Below, piece after piece: positions 1 to 10,103 of a stretch of DNA of 64,000 bases. A model generated the notes under the pieces. It made no database searches. It was not told the DNA's origin and saw nothing but the letters and a program-made list of their open reading frames with translations. Position 1 is the first letter of the stretch. Each line of letters opens with the position of its first letter. Both the position numbers and the translations under genes were made by a program. This DNA comes from Diplonema japonicum (taxonomy: Eukaryota; Protista; Euglenozoa: Diplonemea): NCBI GenBank assembly GCA_964019335.1, contig OZ025747.1, positions 186,001 to 250,000 on the forward strand. The letters are read 5' to 3'.

Positions 1-147
1 ACAAAAACAGAAGGGGGAGGGGGGGGGGGGGGGGGGGAAAGAAGGGGAAGGAAGAAGAAAAAAAAAACAAGGGGGAGGAAATACATTAAAAACAGTTTTT
101 ATAAAAAAAGTTAATTCCCATCTTTCCCTTCCCACTCTTTTTTTTTT

Positions 148-300
148 TGTTACAAATATTTATCTTTCAAAAATTTAAAAATGATTTTATAACTATATGC
201 AACTTGTGCCGAGCAAAAAACTTTCGCAGCTTTTTAAAAAACCTTTTTTGCTCGTGCGAACAACAAAGACATATAGTCATAAAGAATTATTTTTTTCCAA
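148..300 (+). repeat. Repeat family R1, 5' half
   Basis: Near-identical to 12152-12293 (TGTTACAAATATTTATCTTTC...GCAACTTGTGCCGAGCAAAAAA...TTTTTTGCTCGTGCGAACAACAAAGACATATAGTCATAAAGAATTA). Confidence 0.9.
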
Positions 301-438
301 TCCCGTTTTTTCTGACATACCCCCTCCCCCCCCCCCCCCATTTAGCAAAAAAAAAGAAGACTAGTTAGCGAACTGAGAAGAGGGAAAAAGTTGGCCCAAT
401 AACTCCCTTAAAAGAGAAGTGATTTTAAAAAAAAAAAA

Positions 439-1917
439 ATGTCAAAGCAAGGAATTCAATGGCCGGAAACGAACGGAAAAGTGAGCACGATGGCCACGGG
501 GAAGGAAATATGGAAAGCTGCCGCGGCAAAGTCCGGAGACGAGACCTTGGCCGGAAGAATCGCCGGGGAGAAGAATTGGAGGAACGGCTACCCAAAACAC
601 TGTGTCAGCCTCGCAGAAGAACAGACAAAAAGCGTTGAGATCGCCACCGCCTCCGCCAGGGCCGGCCTCGAGGAAGCCTACAACCGGTTCCTATTCGTAA
701 GAAACGACACAACATGCAAGATCACCGAACTATCAACCATTGAAATCGACACACCATTCACCACAACAGAGGTCAAGGGAACCGGCGAGACCACACAAAA
801 AATCGAGGTCCCATTGAACGGAAAGACCCTAACCGACGAAACTCTGGCAAGCACTACCAAAGGCTGGGCCGATTTCGGTTCCATGGAAGAATCGTGCCAC
901 AAAGCGATAAAGGAAATCGTTGAAATGACCACCTCGCAACGATCCGATATTTTAAAAGACAAAATATTCGTTCTGTTGGGTGCTACATCCGCCGCGGGAC
1001 CCGCCATCCCGCTGTTAAAACTCGGAGCTACAGTGGCAATGATCGCCCGTCCGGGAAAAAAACTGCAAACTCTCATAGAAGAAGGGAAATCAACATCGGG
1101 CACCATGCTCATTCCAACCAGTGGTGAAAAACAAGGCGCGGATGTTTTAACACAGACCCCAGAGATTATCGAATGGTGCCGTTCCCTCGACGCTTCAAAA
1201 ACGCTTGTTATCGGATCGTACATTTATCTTGACGGTGAAGCACACGTCAGAGCAAGTATAGCTTCTGATGTCATTACGCAAAGTGTTTTTGAAACCCGCC
1301 GTTCTACGTGTGTTGCGTTCCTTGGAAGCCCTTCAATCGCTCATGCGTTCTCGGAAGATGCTCACACCGACAGTATTGCGAGGTACGAATCCTCTGGGTT
1401 GCTTAGCAAATGCAACCCGATGAGGGTGTTTAAATATGAGAAGAATTCTCGTCCTGTTAAATATAACATCCCCGTCACCGACGGACTTGTCGTTTTTCAG
1501 GGCCCGAATTATGCGTTAGCAAAGACGTTGCAGTCGTGGAGGGCAGTGTTGTGTAAGGTGGAAGGACGTTTTGCTTCGATTAACCTTGCACCGCCTATGT
1601 ACACGGAGTCGATTTGCCATGTTCCTGCAGCGATGGCCGCGCTTAACGGTTTTCAGGGGTTTCCTCCCCTTGCCGCGTTCCAGCCTGAAACTATGTCGCC
1701 CGTTTTGACTTGTATGCTTTTGTGGGACCTTGTGTCGCCTTCTTCTACGGCACAGCCGGAGACTGCTCTGGATAGCCCCACGCAGATTTTTGTTCAGAAT
1801 GCGTTTCATGGTGGGTCCTGGAGGTGTGCGTACAGTCAGGAGTCTATTGGGTCGTCGATTTTTATTCTTGGGAAGTGTTGGTACACAAAGCCCCCTCTGA
1901 CCCCTCCTTCTATGTGA
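439..1917 (+). CDS. Intronless 492-aa Rossmann-like protein of unknown function, resembling an uncharacterised actinobacterial family
   Basis: Long ORF with A-tract before ATG. Motifs VLLGATSAAGP, GADVL, YLDGEAHVR and QGPNYALAK recall a bacterial hypothetical family (from memory, not searched). Confidence 0.8.
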   Translation: MSKQGIQWPETNGKVSTMATGKEIWKAAAAKSGDETLAGRIAGEKNWRNGYPKHCVSLAEEQTKSVEIATASARAGLEEAYNRFLFVRNDTTCKITELSTIEIDTPFTTTEVKGTGETTQKIEVPLNGKTLTDETLASTTKGWADFGSMEESCHKAIKEIVEMTTSQRSDILKDKIFVLLGATSAAGPAIPLLKLGATVAMIARPGKKLQTLIEEGKSTSGTMLIPTSGEKQGADVLTQTPEIIEWCRSLDASKTLVIGSYIYLDGEAHVRASIASDVITQSVFETRRSTCVAFLGSPSIAHAFSEDAHTDSIARYESSGLLSKCNPMRVFKYEKNSRPVKYNIPVTDGLVVFQGPNYALAKTLQSWRAVLCKVEGRFASINLAPPMYTESICHVPAAMAALNGFQGFPPLAAFQPETMSPVLTCMLLWDLVSPSSTAQPETALDSPTQIFVQNAFHGGSWRCAYSQESIGSSIFILGKCWYTKPPLTPPSM

Positions 1918-2220
1918 AGAAAATAATTTTTTTCTTTTTTTGCTTTACTCATTTTTCCCCCCCCCTTTTTTTTTCTTGCCCGTTCCCCCCGTCTTCTGCG
2001 CGCGTTTCTTTTACCGGCATAAATGGGTATTTCTTTTTTTAAAAAAAAAAAAAAAACATGGAGGGTCAAAAAAAAAAAAAAATAGGTTCACAATTGATAA
2101 TAATGTTGTTCTGTTACTCTCTTTGAAAAGGGAAAAAAAAAAAAAAAAAAATAGAATTAAAAAAAAGAACTCATTGGGTTTGTGTAATAAGGTAGTTTTT
2201 TTTTTTTTTTTTTTTTTTTG

Positions 2221-2313
2221 ACAATATTATTGTCAAAACTAAAAACTAGTTGATGGCAGCGTAATGAGCTATTTTTTATTAGGTGAAAATTCCGCTCGTG
2301 CGCACAAACAAAA
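2221..2313 (+). repeat. Repeat family R1, 3' half
   Basis: Aligns to 12294-12376 (ACAATATTATTGTC...ACTAGTT...CAGCGTAATGAGCTAT...GCGCACAAACAA). Confidence 0.85.
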
Positions 2314-2848
2314 CAACTTATTTGCAGTCCTGAATTTTTTTTTTCTTTCACTCCCATCATGATTTTTTTGTTCCCCCCCCCCCCCCTCCAGTGCTTTATC
2401 TCCAGATTTTTTTTCTTTTTTTTTTCTTGCAAAAACGAGTCTTTTGACTAAACAAAAGGGAGACGTTGAATTGGCGAAGTGTTTACAGGGTTTATAAACT
2501 TCTGCAGGTTTCTGCCCGGAAACATACTAGCGGCCAGTTGCTTTTCTTTTTTTTTTTTCTTTTTTTTTCTTTGGAAAGGTGGAAACAAAAGGACAAGGGT
2601 GTTAAGGACCCCTTGGGGGGAAAAAAAAAACCTCTGTTTCGGCCAATAAAAAAAAAAAAAAGAGGATATGGACATGCCCATTAAAGCGCGTTAAAGAACG
2701 TGCAGCTGTTGAAGTACCATTGGGGAAAGAAAAAGAAAAAGAAAAAAAAAAAAGAGTCAAAGTTTTTTTTTTAAGTTTTTTTCTTCTTCTTTTTTTTTCC
2801 GTTCTTCTTTTTTATCAACAAAAGAAAAAGAAAGGGAAAAAAAAAAAA

Positions 2849-3068
2849 ATGACACACACCGTTGACCCGGCGACTATGGACAAATCTGTCCCCCCTCCTC
2901 CCTGTGTCATTGCGGGCACGCCTGTGGAGCAGGCCACCGCTCAAGCTAAGGGGTTTATCGACAATGTTTACCATGCCATGGACAGCAATATGCACTCGAG
3001 CATTCCCTTCAGAGCCGACAGCATCGCCTGTTTCCAGAAGGGCGCCGCAGACAGGTACCAGGTATGTA

Positions 3069-3100
<32 letters not shown>

Positions 3101-3835
3101 TTCTCAGGGCCAGTCTCTCATGGCAAGGCTGCAGATGATGCACCCCTGCAAGAGCAGGGACAAATCAGGAATGTCTGTTCAGATCTTCCCGGGAAACTCG
3201 ATGTTGGTGTTGGTTGCTGGGCTTTCGAGCACCGTGGCAGCTGAGCAAGTATGTTTATTTATAATAAAATAAAAATTTTTTTTTTATCGCAGCAAAGCCA
3301 GACCCTTCAGACCTCTATCCTTCACCGTTTTGCTGATGTGTTTTTGATCTGCTCCGACCCGCAGGGACCCCACATAAAAGCGGCGGTTTTCAGGGAGATT
3401 GATGAAGACTGTGGTGCTCCCACCGCAGGCGCAGTGCAGGGTGACCTCTTCACAAAGGCTGACACTGTTGCGCAGCAGTTCGCTCCGTTCTTCTACGGCA
3501 GTCTCGATGACCCTGCCAAGCGAGGGGGCCTTACCTCCATGTTCAAAGGAGAGTCCTACGTTACCATTGGCCAGGACCTCTTCAAGGGGACCCAGCATAT
3601 TGCGCACAAGATGCACTACATGCCTCAGCTCATCAACCCCACCGCCCGTAAGATTGAAGGGATTGATGCCATCCCCTCCCCCGCCAGTGGTGGGTTCTTC
3701 CTCTTCATCCACGGAGCCTGCCAGCTGGCGGGTGAAGACCGTCAGCAGCGTTTTGTCGATCTCTTCCACTTGGTGCCTGAAGGGTCAAACTTCTGGATTT
3801 CTAACCTCATCATGAAGGTGCACGGTGGCGTCTAA
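2849..3835 (+). CDS. Tandem NTF2-like domain protein; introns 3062-3107 and 3249-3292
   Basis: Splicing two GTATGT..CAG introns gives one open frame. There are two NTF2-like repeats (F..FY..LD, FKG..HI..K, RF.D.F.L, FWISNLI). Confidence 0.8.
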
Positions 3836-4146
3836 GAACAGCGAGAGGAATAAAAAAAAAAAAAAAAATTCTGGTCCGCAGTGTGCTGTTTTTTTTTTTT
3901 TTGGACTTGCTTCAATGTGAATTTGGAGGAGGGGGAAAAAAAAGGAAGGGAAGGGAGTAGGGGGGGGGGGGGGGGATTGACAAACGATTTTTTTCTCTTT
4001 TTTTCTCTCTGTCTTAAACCCGTTGTTGGGCGGGAGTAAGAAAAAAAAAAAAAAAATACTTTTTTAAAAAAAAAGAATGGGGGGGAAAAAAAAGCAAAAT
4101 TGTTTGTTTTTTGTTGAAAGTGGGTATTTTTTTTTTTTTCATTTAA

Positions 4147-4247
4147 CCCGTAAAGGAACCCGAGCTGATGGATATTGGTCTTTTAAAAAGAGAAGGGGAA
4201 AAAAAAAATCATGATGGATGAGTGGAACCCCATCGGTCCTTTATGGG
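4147..4247. mobile_element. Tiny piggyBac-type MITE remnant
   Basis: Left TTAA|CCCGTAAAGGAACC; right GGTCCTTTATGGG|TTTTTAA. The imperfect TIRs begin with CCC. Confidence 0.5.
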
Positions 4248-4457
4248 TTTTTAAAAAAAAAAAAAGAAATGAAAGAGGGAAAAAAAAGAAAATGGTCATT
4301 ATTTATTTATTTTTTTTCCCCCTCCTCCCCCTTCCCCTTGGGATCCCCCCCCCTTTTTTTCCTCTTTTTTCATTCTTTCTAATTTTTTTCTCGTCTTCTT
4401 TTACCCGTCGGTTCTTCAACAAAAAAAAAGAGGGCGGGGTAAAAAAAAAAAAAAAAA

Positions 4458-5618
4458 ATGCCCCTTCGGTTAAGAAGTTTCATCTGCAGGCCGATGAGAT
4501 CGGCATACACCTCAGCACACCAAGATAGGCGGTACGATACAGGGAGATCTGACGGAGCAGCCGCAAATTACATAAAACATAAGTACAAGCTGCATCGAAA
4601 CGAGATTAAAGGAAAACGACTGTGGGAAATCAAAAGCAGCAGCAGAGAGGTGATGGACCAAGGTAGAGCCATGATTGGAGAATTACGTGCAATGAAAGGC
4701 GCCGGGTGGGAAATCGGCCCTATGACCTACACATCAGCTGTTTCAGTATTCGCAAGCTACGGTCTGTCAAAGTGGGCCCACCGCATGATGGAAGAAATGA
4801 TTGCCGACGGCATGCAGCCTGCTAAAGAGACCTTCAATGCCCTTCTGTGGGCATACGCCGAAAATGGTGAATTAAGAGGGATTTGCAAGGTGTGGGAAGA
4901 AATGCAAAAAAATGGTGTGAAACCAGACAGCATAACCTATAATGTTTTGATGATGGGCGTAATGAAAGCTGGGCACAAAGATGTTTGTTTCAAATTATTT
5001 GAACTCATCAAAAGCGACGGTCTTGTCCCAGACACACAATTTTATAACACCCTCATCACCGCCGCTTCCAACACAGAAGAGGCATGGGCCATCATTAATA
5101 AACTGAAGGAGGAGGGTCTCCAGCCTGACCAGTTCACATTCTACTTTCTGATGAAGCTCGCTGCACGTGACGGCGATGTCCGGGCTGCCGAAGACACCCT
5201 TCGCCAGCTCTCTGCCCATCGTGTCATGGCATCCTCGTCCCATTGGTCGATCCTTCTCGTTGCTTACAGAACTGCTGGAGATTATGAAGGGTGTCTAAGG
5301 GTGTGGGAAAGAATGAAAGATGCTGGAGTTAAGCCGGTATGTTATCTTTTTTTTTAAAAAAAAAAAAATTTTTTTTTTTTAAAGACGTCCGGCACATTGA
5401 CTGAGCTGTTCCGTGCGCAGGAGATGCAGGAAATCAATATTCGAAAACAGCGAGGCGAAATGGAGGTATTTTAAAAAAAAAATTTTTTTTTTTATAAAAA
5501 AAAAAAAAATAATAAGGCGGCGAGGCTAGCGGAAGCGCATCTAAACGGGACCACAGGGGACTGCATCAAAACAAAAGAAGATCTAGATGGAGAGGAGGAC
5601 CTCATTGGGTCTGAATGA
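4458..5618 (+). CDS. Pentatricopeptide-repeat protein, probably mitochondrial; introns 5337-5384 and 5466-5516
   Basis: Several 35-aa PPR motifs (TFNALLWAYAENG, GVKPDSITYNVLM) and an Arg-rich N-terminus. The spliced frame ends at TGA 5616-5618. Confidence 0.9.
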
Positions 5619-5734
5619 AGCGGGAAAAGAAAAAAAAAAAGAAAAGCGTCGCCTGTTCTTACATACCAAATATAAATAATTTTCCCCTTTTCTTCCAAAA
5701 ACAAAAAATAAAAGAGCACCCCCCCCTCAAAAAA

Positions 5735-7228
5735 ATGTCAAGCGAAAAAGTTCTAGGGCTGCTACTACGGGCGGCGTCGAAGAGCGAAGAACCGAACAGG
5801 GGCGGGCAAACAAACCAAAACCCAGACAACACGTCGGTCTTCACAACCGCGATGCCAAGCAGCATACGACCGAATTTCTGGCCCTCCGACGAAGGGAAAA
5901 AGAAATCACGCCCGGACATGAGCAGCTCCATGTTTGAGGCGTGGAAAAAAGGGAAAAACCCCTCATACGCCCCGGGACTGATATCCCCAAAAGAAGAAAA
6001 CACACAACACCAACCACAACGGGTTCTTCCCGAGAGAGAACGATGGGCGGACAAAGCCCACGGGGACAACATAAGTTCTTCCGGAACAAAGCTATTCTTC
6101 GACATGGCCACTTCGCTTCTCGACGACACCACTGCAGTGGAGACAGCGGACGCACTATCGCCTCAACCGAAAAACTCTCAATTCTGTGCGTTTTGTTTAT
6201 CAGCCCCTGTTGAACCCATTGCGCTCCCTTGTACACATATTACATGTTCTACTTGCATACCACGAGCTTCAAACCCCGTAACCTGCCCTGTATGCCACGC
6301 GGAACACACATTATCGCATCGTCCTTACAAGCGATCATCAGAATCGCCATCATCATCATCGATATCTACATTAGCGCCTATCGCTGTTATTGACGATCCG
6401 TGCGGGAGATGCGGGCAACGGGAGGCCACCTCGGTGTGTTTGGAATGTAAAACAGGATACTGTGCCATGTGCAATGGTATAGTCCATGTTGGAGTACTTG
6501 CATCGCATATTGTGGAAGACATCGCAGGCGAGGCTCAAGGAGGCCGGTGCCGCCGCCATGCTGGACATTCTTTAGATTTTTACGACAAGGATGAGGGTGT
6601 TTTACTATGTATTGTATGCTTGCAGAATGAACACCAACACCGTGGGAACGAATGTGTTTCCGTGGCAGAAGCTGCTCAAGATGCTCGGAGTGAACTAAGC
6701 GACGCGTTGGGTTATACAGCAGGGTTTCTGGGAACACTTCAGGGACACGTCAGGAAACTACGAGAAAGTGTCGAAAGTATAGATATGATGCGGGAGGGCA
6801 GTGTTAAAGCTGTTGAGGATGGTTTTTCAGAGTGGCGGCGGGCCATAGACGAGAAGGAGGAGGAGATGAAAGCTCATGTTGAGGATTTTTACATGGCGCA
6901 GCGGACTGCGTCTGAGCACGAGCTGGGCAAGCAGCTTGCCCTGTTGTCCACTTTCAACGCGAACGCTGCGAAGATGCAGTCGCTCCTCTCCGACTCCTCC
7001 CGTCCCCAGTCCACGGTCATCTCGCGGAGGCTCCTCAACCTCACGGAATTGCTTTCCCTCTCGCGGCACGTGCTTTACCTGCCGCCGATTTCCCGTGTCG
7101 CTGTTTCTGTTACCCAGCCAACTGCATTGTCGGAGATACCCCCCCTCGCACCGATTCCTGTGCAACCAAAGCAGGTATACACATATACTAATGACCACCC
7201 GTTGCCGATGTGGGCGGAACAAGAGTAG
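5735..7228 (+). CDS. RING - B-box - B-box - coiled-coil (TRIM-like) E3 ligase
   Basis: C3HC4 RING (CAFC..PCTHITCSTC..CPVC), B-box1 (CGRC..CLEC..YCAMC..H..H), B-box2 (CRRH..LCIVC..H) and a coiled coil. ATG follows an A-tract. Confidence 0.9.
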   Translation: MSSEKVLGLLLRAASKSEEPNRGGQTNQNPDNTSVFTTAMPSSIRPNFWPSDEGKKKSRPDMSSSMFEAWKKGKNPSYAPGLISPKEENTQHQPQRVLPERERWADKAHGDNISSSGTKLFFDMATSLLDDTTAVETADALSPQPKNSQFCAFCLSAPVEPIALPCTHITCSTCIPRASNPVTCPVCHAEHTLSHRPYKRSSESPSSSSISTLAPIAVIDDPCGRCGQREATSVCLECKTGYCAMCNGIVHVGVLASHIVEDIAGEAQGGRCRRHAGHSLDFYDKDEGVLLCIVCLQNEHQHRGNECVSVAEAAQDARSELSDALGYTAGFLGTLQGHVRKLRESVESIDMMREGSVKAVEDGFSEWRRAIDEKEEEMKAHVEDFYMAQRTASEHELGKQLALLSTFNANAAKMQSLLSDSSRPQSTVISRRLLNLTELLSLSRHVLYLPPISRVAVSVTQPTALSEIPPLAPIPVQPKQVYTYTNDHPLPMWAEQE

Positions 7229-7369
7229 TACGAAAAAAAAAAAAAAAAAAAAAAAAAAATCGGCGAAATCTGCTGAAACTAGAATTTTTCCTTGCTTTAT
7301 TATTTTTTTTATTTTTCCTGGAAAAAAAAAAAAAAAAAAAAAAGTGAACAAAAAAAAAAAAAAAAAAAA

Positions 7370-7717
7370 ATGACAAAGTGCGACAATTGCTCCTTCGACG
7401 CAGGCAGCTCGAAACATTGCTGCAAGCTGTGCCACTTGAAGCCGGGCTCGCACGGGCCGATGTGTAAAAAGAATGAGATAAAATGTCTTAACTGCCACTT
7501 TGCGGTGACGGGGCTTGAGAAGCATTGCTGTGATGAATGTGCTACGAGCTCAGGGACGCACAGTTCGCATTGCCAGAGAATCGCGGTCAGGTGTGCTGGT
7601 TGCAGCAACCAGGTCACAGGTGTACTCCCTACGCACTGCTGCGAGGTGTGCAGCGTAAAGCCAAAACACCACGGCCCCCTTTGCAGCAAGCTTAAGAAGG
7701 TTACATACGCTAAGTAA
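7370..7717 (+). CDS. Small Cys/His-rich triple-repeat protein, paralog 1
   Basis: Three copies of CxxC-x9/11-HCCxxC-x6-HxxxC. ATG follows a long A-tract. Confidence 0.85.
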   Translation: MTKCDNCSFDAGSSKHCCKLCHLKPGSHGPMCKKNEIKCLNCHFAVTGLEKHCCDECATSSGTHSSHCQRIAVRCAGCSNQVTGVLPTHCCEVCSVKPKHHGPLCSKLKKVTYAK

Positions 7718-7812
7718 AAAAAAAAAAAAAAAAAGAAAATTACTATTACATTGGGTTACGAATTCTTCGTCTTCCCCCTTTCTCTCTCTCTCTCTAGCTA
7801 ATATTCTGTTTC

Positions 7813-7856
<44 letters not shown>

Positions 7857-7979
7857 CGAAGCAGTTTTCCAAAAAAAAAAAAAAAAAAAAAAAACCCTTT
7901 CTTTTTTATTCTTCTTTCACCCCTTTTTTATTTCTTCTTCTTTTCTTTTATTTCTATTAGATTTTAAAAAGAAAAAAAA

Positions 7980-8330
7980 ATGACTAAGTGTTCAAACTGC
8001 TCCTTCGACGCAGGAAGCTCGCGGCACTGTTGCACCATGTGTCACATTAAGCCGGGGTCACACGGGCCGTTGTGCAAAAAGAAGGAGATTAAATGTGCTG
8101 GCTGCCACTTCGCGGTAACTGGGGTTGCGCAGAACCACTGTTGTGGAACCTGTGCTTTTAAGGCATGGTCTCATGGGCCCAACTGCCAGAGAGTTGCTGT
8201 AAAGTGTGGCGGATGTAGCTACACCGTAATTGGCGTCCACCCTACTCATTGTTGTGATATGTGCTTTGAGAAGCCTGGTTACCATGGCGTACTCTGCAGC
8301 AAACTCAAGAAAAAAAAATATGCTGAATAA
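7980..8330 (+). CDS. Small Cys/His-rich triple-repeat protein, paralog 2
   Basis: Same architecture as 7370-7717, with the ligand residues conserved and synonymous sites diverged. Confidence 0.85.
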   Translation: MTKCSNCSFDAGSSRHCCTMCHIKPGSHGPLCKKKEIKCAGCHFAVTGVAQNHCCGTCAFKAWSHGPNCQRVAVKCGGCSYTVIGVHPTHCCDMCFEKPGYHGVLCSKLKKKKYAE

Positions 8331-8427
8331 AAAAAAAAATAAAAAAAAATAAAATAAAAAAGAAGGATTTATCCTCTTTTTCTTTTTTTTATTTTATTTT
8401 TATTTTAATTCTGTTACAAGATATCTA

Positions 8428-9225
8428 CCGGATTTGTACTTATATTGTTATGTGAAAAGTCCCAAATTGGGCAAAAAATTCGAAAAAGGTACATAATATT
8501 TACAGAACACCATTAAAACAGAACATAAAAATTACAAAAATAAAAAAAATCCCAGAAAATATCCCTAAAAATAAAAAATCCCAGGACAAAAACAAAATAC
8601 CCCCCAGCCGGGGAGGGGGGGTGGTATTACCGCAATTCTAGTTCACTATTGCCCAGTCCTGCACGTAAAGCACACCACATAGTCGCAGGACGGGCAGACC
8701 CTCCCGCGGGTGCTCATGTCATGCTCACCAGAGCATTCCGTGCACTACCACACTGGTCTCCTTTCTAACCTGCTTGAGGGTTGCGCTGCAGTTGGGGCAG
8801 GGCACCCTCGTCACGTTGTTCGTTCGCTGGCTTGGGGTCACTTGGCTTGGTGCCGCTGCTTGGCTTGGGGCTGAGGCTTCTTGGTCAGGCATTTCTTCGG
8901 GACAGAAGCCGGACCAACAGCAGTAAGAAGGGCTTCTCTTCTGTGTCTTTTCCGCTCTTTCTTTATCTGGGCCTTCAGGGCGTCCGCGTACCTTGTTTTG
9001 AAAATGGAAACCAAAAAGTAGATCTTGTACACCACAAACGTGGCTTTGATTTTAGTGGGGCCTGTCCTGGGGGGGGGTCAGGCCAAAAATAATAAAAATA
9101 GTTTTTTGTATTGTTCTGTAAAAAGTCCCAAGTTGGGTCCAAAATCCGAAAAAGGTACATAATTTATACAGTACACTAAATCCCCAGACCATTATTAAAA
9201 CTGAACAATATAAATACAAATCCGG
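8428..9225 (-). mobile_element. Internally deleted Tc1/mariner (pogo-like) element with TA target duplication, nested in an R1 copy
   Basis: TIR CCGGATTTGTA(C/T)TTATATTGTT at both ends, flanked by TA (8426-27, 9226-27). The minus strand holds a stop-interrupted basic tract followed by W*CTEC..CPSCDYVVCFTC. Confidence 0.8.
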
Positions 9226-9798
9226 TATCTTTTCAAAAAAAAAAAAAATAGTTTTATAACTATATGCAACTTTGTGGAAAAAACTGACTATTCACAGCTA
9301 AAAAAAAAATAATTTTTCTTCTGAGAAGTCAGCATCATTGGAACCCCACTCGTCCGGTCTTCGCGTCCCTGAAGGCAACCCACCTACTCTAGAGGAGCAA
9401 CTGCGAACTCATTGCATCCTCAACACTCGCAAGTTGGTTTCACGCCCAAGCCCTCCTTTATACCCGGGTAATATAAAGCCCGGGTATGCAAAAGCTGGGC
9501 GGATTTAATTGAATTTTGCACAAATTTTCTTTTTTTTTCTCTCCCAGAGTAAACGTCTAAGGAGGGGGGCACAGTTGTGTCGCCTTGACGTTAAAAGATA
9601 AGATTTTTTTTTCTTGTCGAACAGCAAGACCTTTAACCGGGTCTAGGTGCCAGGGGTTCAAAATAAAGCAAACTTTGCGGCGAGCAACTGTAAACGGCAC
9701 AAACAGACCTTTTAAAACACCGATGTTAAAAGATCGAGGTTTTTTGTTTTTCTTCTCTATTTTCATCCGCTATCTGATATATACGATCAACTCGCTTT

Positions 9799-9830
<32 letters not shown>

Positions 9831-10071
9831 TTTTTTTTTGATATTCAATGCTTATCGTATCCATTCTATGTTAGCCTGTCATTCACTTGATCTCATCTAG
9901 CAGTTTTCCCTAACCTACCACCCCCATTTCGAAAAAAGAAGATTATTACTTCAGGCGCCCTGCCACATACTGCAGGTACCCTTAGATGTCTCTTTTTTTC
10001 TTTCCTTTTTTATATTTATTTTTTATTTTCGAAATTTTTGAAAACCCCTCCAAAAAAAACCAGGCGTCCAC

Positions 10072-10098
<27 letters not shown>

Positions 10099-10103
<5 letters not shown>

